From contig NC_133621.1 of NCBI RefSeq assembly GCF_048593235.1, positions 30,629,254 to 30,693,253 on the forward strand: a stretch of DNA of 64,000 nucleotides, given 5' to 3'. The translations under genes were made by a program, and so were the position numbers. The notes beneath the pieces were generated by a model that was not told the DNA's origin, made no database searches, and worked only from the letters and a program-made list of their open reading frames with translations. How positions within the stretch are numbered: position 1 is the first letter of the stretch; every line of letters begins with the position of its first letter. Source of the stretch: Sminthopsis crassicaudata (lineage: Eukaryota). Below are positions 61,403-64,000 of this stretch, piece after piece.

Positions 61403-64000
61403 ATTTAAAAGAAGCCTCAAGAGATTTACATGAACTGATGCTAAGTGAAATGAGCAGAACCAGATCATTAAACATGGCAACAACAAGATTATATGATGAT
61501 CAATTCTGATAGACTTGGCTCTCTTCAACAAAGGAGGGGATTCAAGACAATTTCAAAAGATTTGTGATACAAAGAGCCATTCAAATCCAGAGAGAGAACT
61601 ATGGAGACTGAATGTGGGTCAAAGCATAGTGTTTTCATCTTTTTTGTTCTTTGGGTTTTTTTTTTTCCTTTCTCATTTTTTTTAATCTGATTTTTCTTGA
61701 ACAGTATTATAAATACAGACATGTTTAGAAGAATTGAACATTTAACTTTGCTGTCTAAGGGAGAGGGAAGTGGGAAGAAAGAAAAATTTGGAACAAGATT
61801 TTTGCAAGGGTGAATGTTGAAAATTATCTTCGCATGTATTTTGAAAAATAAAAAGCTATTATAAATTTAAAAAACAATATTAACAGAAAAAATAAATTAA
61901 TCCCCCTCCAAAAAAAGATATGTTTCATCAGAAGATTGGTCACAAGAGGATAAAAATTTCTGTCCACAACATGATGCTGCTAATAGAATCAATTTGTCAG
62001 GTAGCATTTATGGAGGACCTATTACGTGTCAGACACTATACCGGGTGATGAGACCAGATGAAAGACTAAAAAGAATCAGTTGGTCCCACATGGAGACTGC
62101 ACTAAGACTTTAGGAACAACTATAACCCATTTACTGACATGCACTAGAAGACTTTCCCCAGAGTGCAGAAACCCAACCACAATGCCTTAGAACAACAGTC
62201 TACAGCACGAGGGGGTTTGAAATCCTTATTAGTGGAGAGAATGAAAACCGAGACCCTGAAAGAATAGTGAAGGGATCAGCACTAGCAAGATGACATCCCA
62301 GAATTCACTACTTCTCCCAAACCTGGGAGGGAGAACAAGACAGAGACAATGTGAAAGCACAAGGAAGCCCGGCTCAAATCCTGACAAGGGACCCGAGCTG
62401 AGGGGGCAAGAGGAATCTGAGACTGTTTTGTCCACAACACAAGGTTGCCTGGTCACCCAGGGAAGGAGGTCGCTTCTAAAAGCAGGAGAAACAGCTGGGT
62501 CATTTCTGGAAGGTCTGCATGCCCGCCCTCCTTCCTTCTTCACTCCTTTCCAGGCATCCTGCCTTCAGAGACTCTTCAGGAGAAACAAGATAAGAAGAGA
62601 TAAGGTCTTAGCAGTTTTTCAGCCTGCCTTTGGAGCTGCACTAAAGGAAGGGCCCCGGATGGAGCTGCACTAAGGAGACAAATTCCAAGCTGAGGAGTTC
62701 CTATTTTCTCCCCAGAGGCAGTAGGAGGTGAAAGTTCTGGAGAGAAACAATGTCAAGGGCAGACTTGTGCTTTAGGAAGGTTCCAATGGCAGCCAAGAAG
62801 ATGGATTGGGGCAGGGAGACACCAGAAGCCGGTAATCCATCACTCTATGGCGAGAAGTGATAAGGGCCTGAAGGAGAGGGACTTGTGTCTTTTGTGCTGC
62901 TGATAAACACAAATAGTCCAGTCCCAAGGAAGCCCACCCAGCCCCACCCTCTTTCAGCAGCAATAGCCCAGGACCGAGCCATAAGGGAACTTGACAGAAT
63001 TTCTTCCCACTATGGATTTTCAAGTTTCTGCCCCATCTTCTCCTTATTATCCTCATGGGGGAAGAGCCAAGCAGGGATGGAAGATTTTGTTCAACTCTAA
63101 AGCTGTGTTGATAGTAAGAGCCACACTCTTAAGGAGTGGAGGCCCTCTAGGTAATGTAGGAGGGCTCTTCCACCCCCACAATCACCACTAGTGGATTTGG
63201 CACAATCAGTGTTTCCTCCATCCTTCTCCTTCCCCCTGCCCCCATCCTCAAAACTCAGAACACTGAGGAACAACAGATCTTGATTTGGGAACCACTAAAA
63301 TCATGTGGTGTGTGATTTCTGATGGGAAAGGTCAAGAGGAGAAAAAGAACATGAAGTGGACTAAAGAGAAGGGATCCAGGGGGATGTCAGAGAACAAATG
63401 CTCAGCATCCCCCAATCACGCCACCCCCTCCCAGATTTAAGGGATCAGAAAGTAGAGACTTTTCATCCAACCTTATGTTTGTACAAACTCCCAGTTTCAC
63501 CAAGGTTTGAGCCAACCAGTAACAAACTTCTAATAATACTTAGAGTTTCTACCCTAGCAGAGAGTATCAGGATAAATGCAATCAAAACAAAAATGACAAA
63601 AAGCCACCAGCAGCCATCCCTCACCTACCTCACTGTTACCAGCTGCCTGTACCGTGCTGATTTTTTTATGAATTCACAAAGCCTCATGGGCCTGCCCACC
63701 TAACACATTCATGGAATGTGTTCAAACCAGTCACAGATGAAATAACATGTTGTTGAGAGCTCAATGAGGCAACCCCCCACAAAAAAACCCCAAAAACTGA
63801 TTCAGTGGGCTCCTCCCCACCCCTCAGCCCAGGTAAAGACCCCAGCCATGAAGTAGGAGGAGGATTAGGAGGAAGAAGACCAGAGTTCTGACAGGGCCAA
63901 GCTCAACATTTCCTGGCTCCCTCCCTCATGTAGGAGGGTTCCCCACTAGACAGCCAGGAACTTTGCCTTTTCCCTCAGCTCCAGGCCTGTCAGCCACCTC

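Larger units (their letters stand above)
60808..61919 (+). mobile_element. L1 (ORF2 C-terminus plus 3'UTR) interrupted by a SINE and an assembly gap
   Basis: Degenerate ORF2 C-terminal motifs: CWRGCGKTGTLIRCWW, and ORF 60940-61173 ...FVAALFVVTRTWKLSGCPSVGEWLNKLW. TSD atgtttcatca(c/g)aaga (60792-60807 / 61920-61935). Confidence 0.85.

Overview
Vertebrate genomic DNA from a marsupial. The WSINE1/MAR1-type SINEs and the L1 3' ends suggest an Australian marsupial, probably a dasyurid; this is inference. There are five N-gaps. The whole window lies inside one minus-strand gene, KAT2B (PCAF histone acetyltransferase). Coding exons 2-9 are present at 56673-56799, 39758-39903, 32796-32885, 27019-27200, 17298-17489, 11682-11788, 6809-6934 and 1973-2109. 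All have AG/GT boundaries and compatible phases, giving 1107 nt (369 codons) of the PCAF N-terminal domain, linker and NLS. Exon 1 lies beyond the right edge; the HAT and bromodomain exons lie beyond the left edge. The introns hold L1, SINE, L2, CR1/L3 and hAT relics, one solo LTR, microsatellites and a 58-bp minisatellite. Apart from the exon-overlapping ORFs and an L1 ORF2 remnant, the ORF track appears to be noise. I found no clear new protein-coding system. The most interesting signals are RNA-processing ones. (i) A (UG)30 tract replaces the polypyrimidine tract of exon 7. (ii) A UGUA-AAUAAA-(UG)16 poly(A)-site architecture lies ~270 nt after exon 5, whose read-through stops immediately. 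(iii) A sense-oriented solo LTR carries TATA and AATAAA in intron 5. (iv) A hairpin plus two AAUAAA follow exon 7. (v) A recursive-splice-like Y-tract-CAG|GUAAG site sits in intron 6. Together these could yield HAT-less N-terminal PCAF isoforms, which is a hypothesis only. A young 632-bp poly(A)-tailed insertion that matches none of the other repeats here may be a HAL1-like element or a retrocopy.
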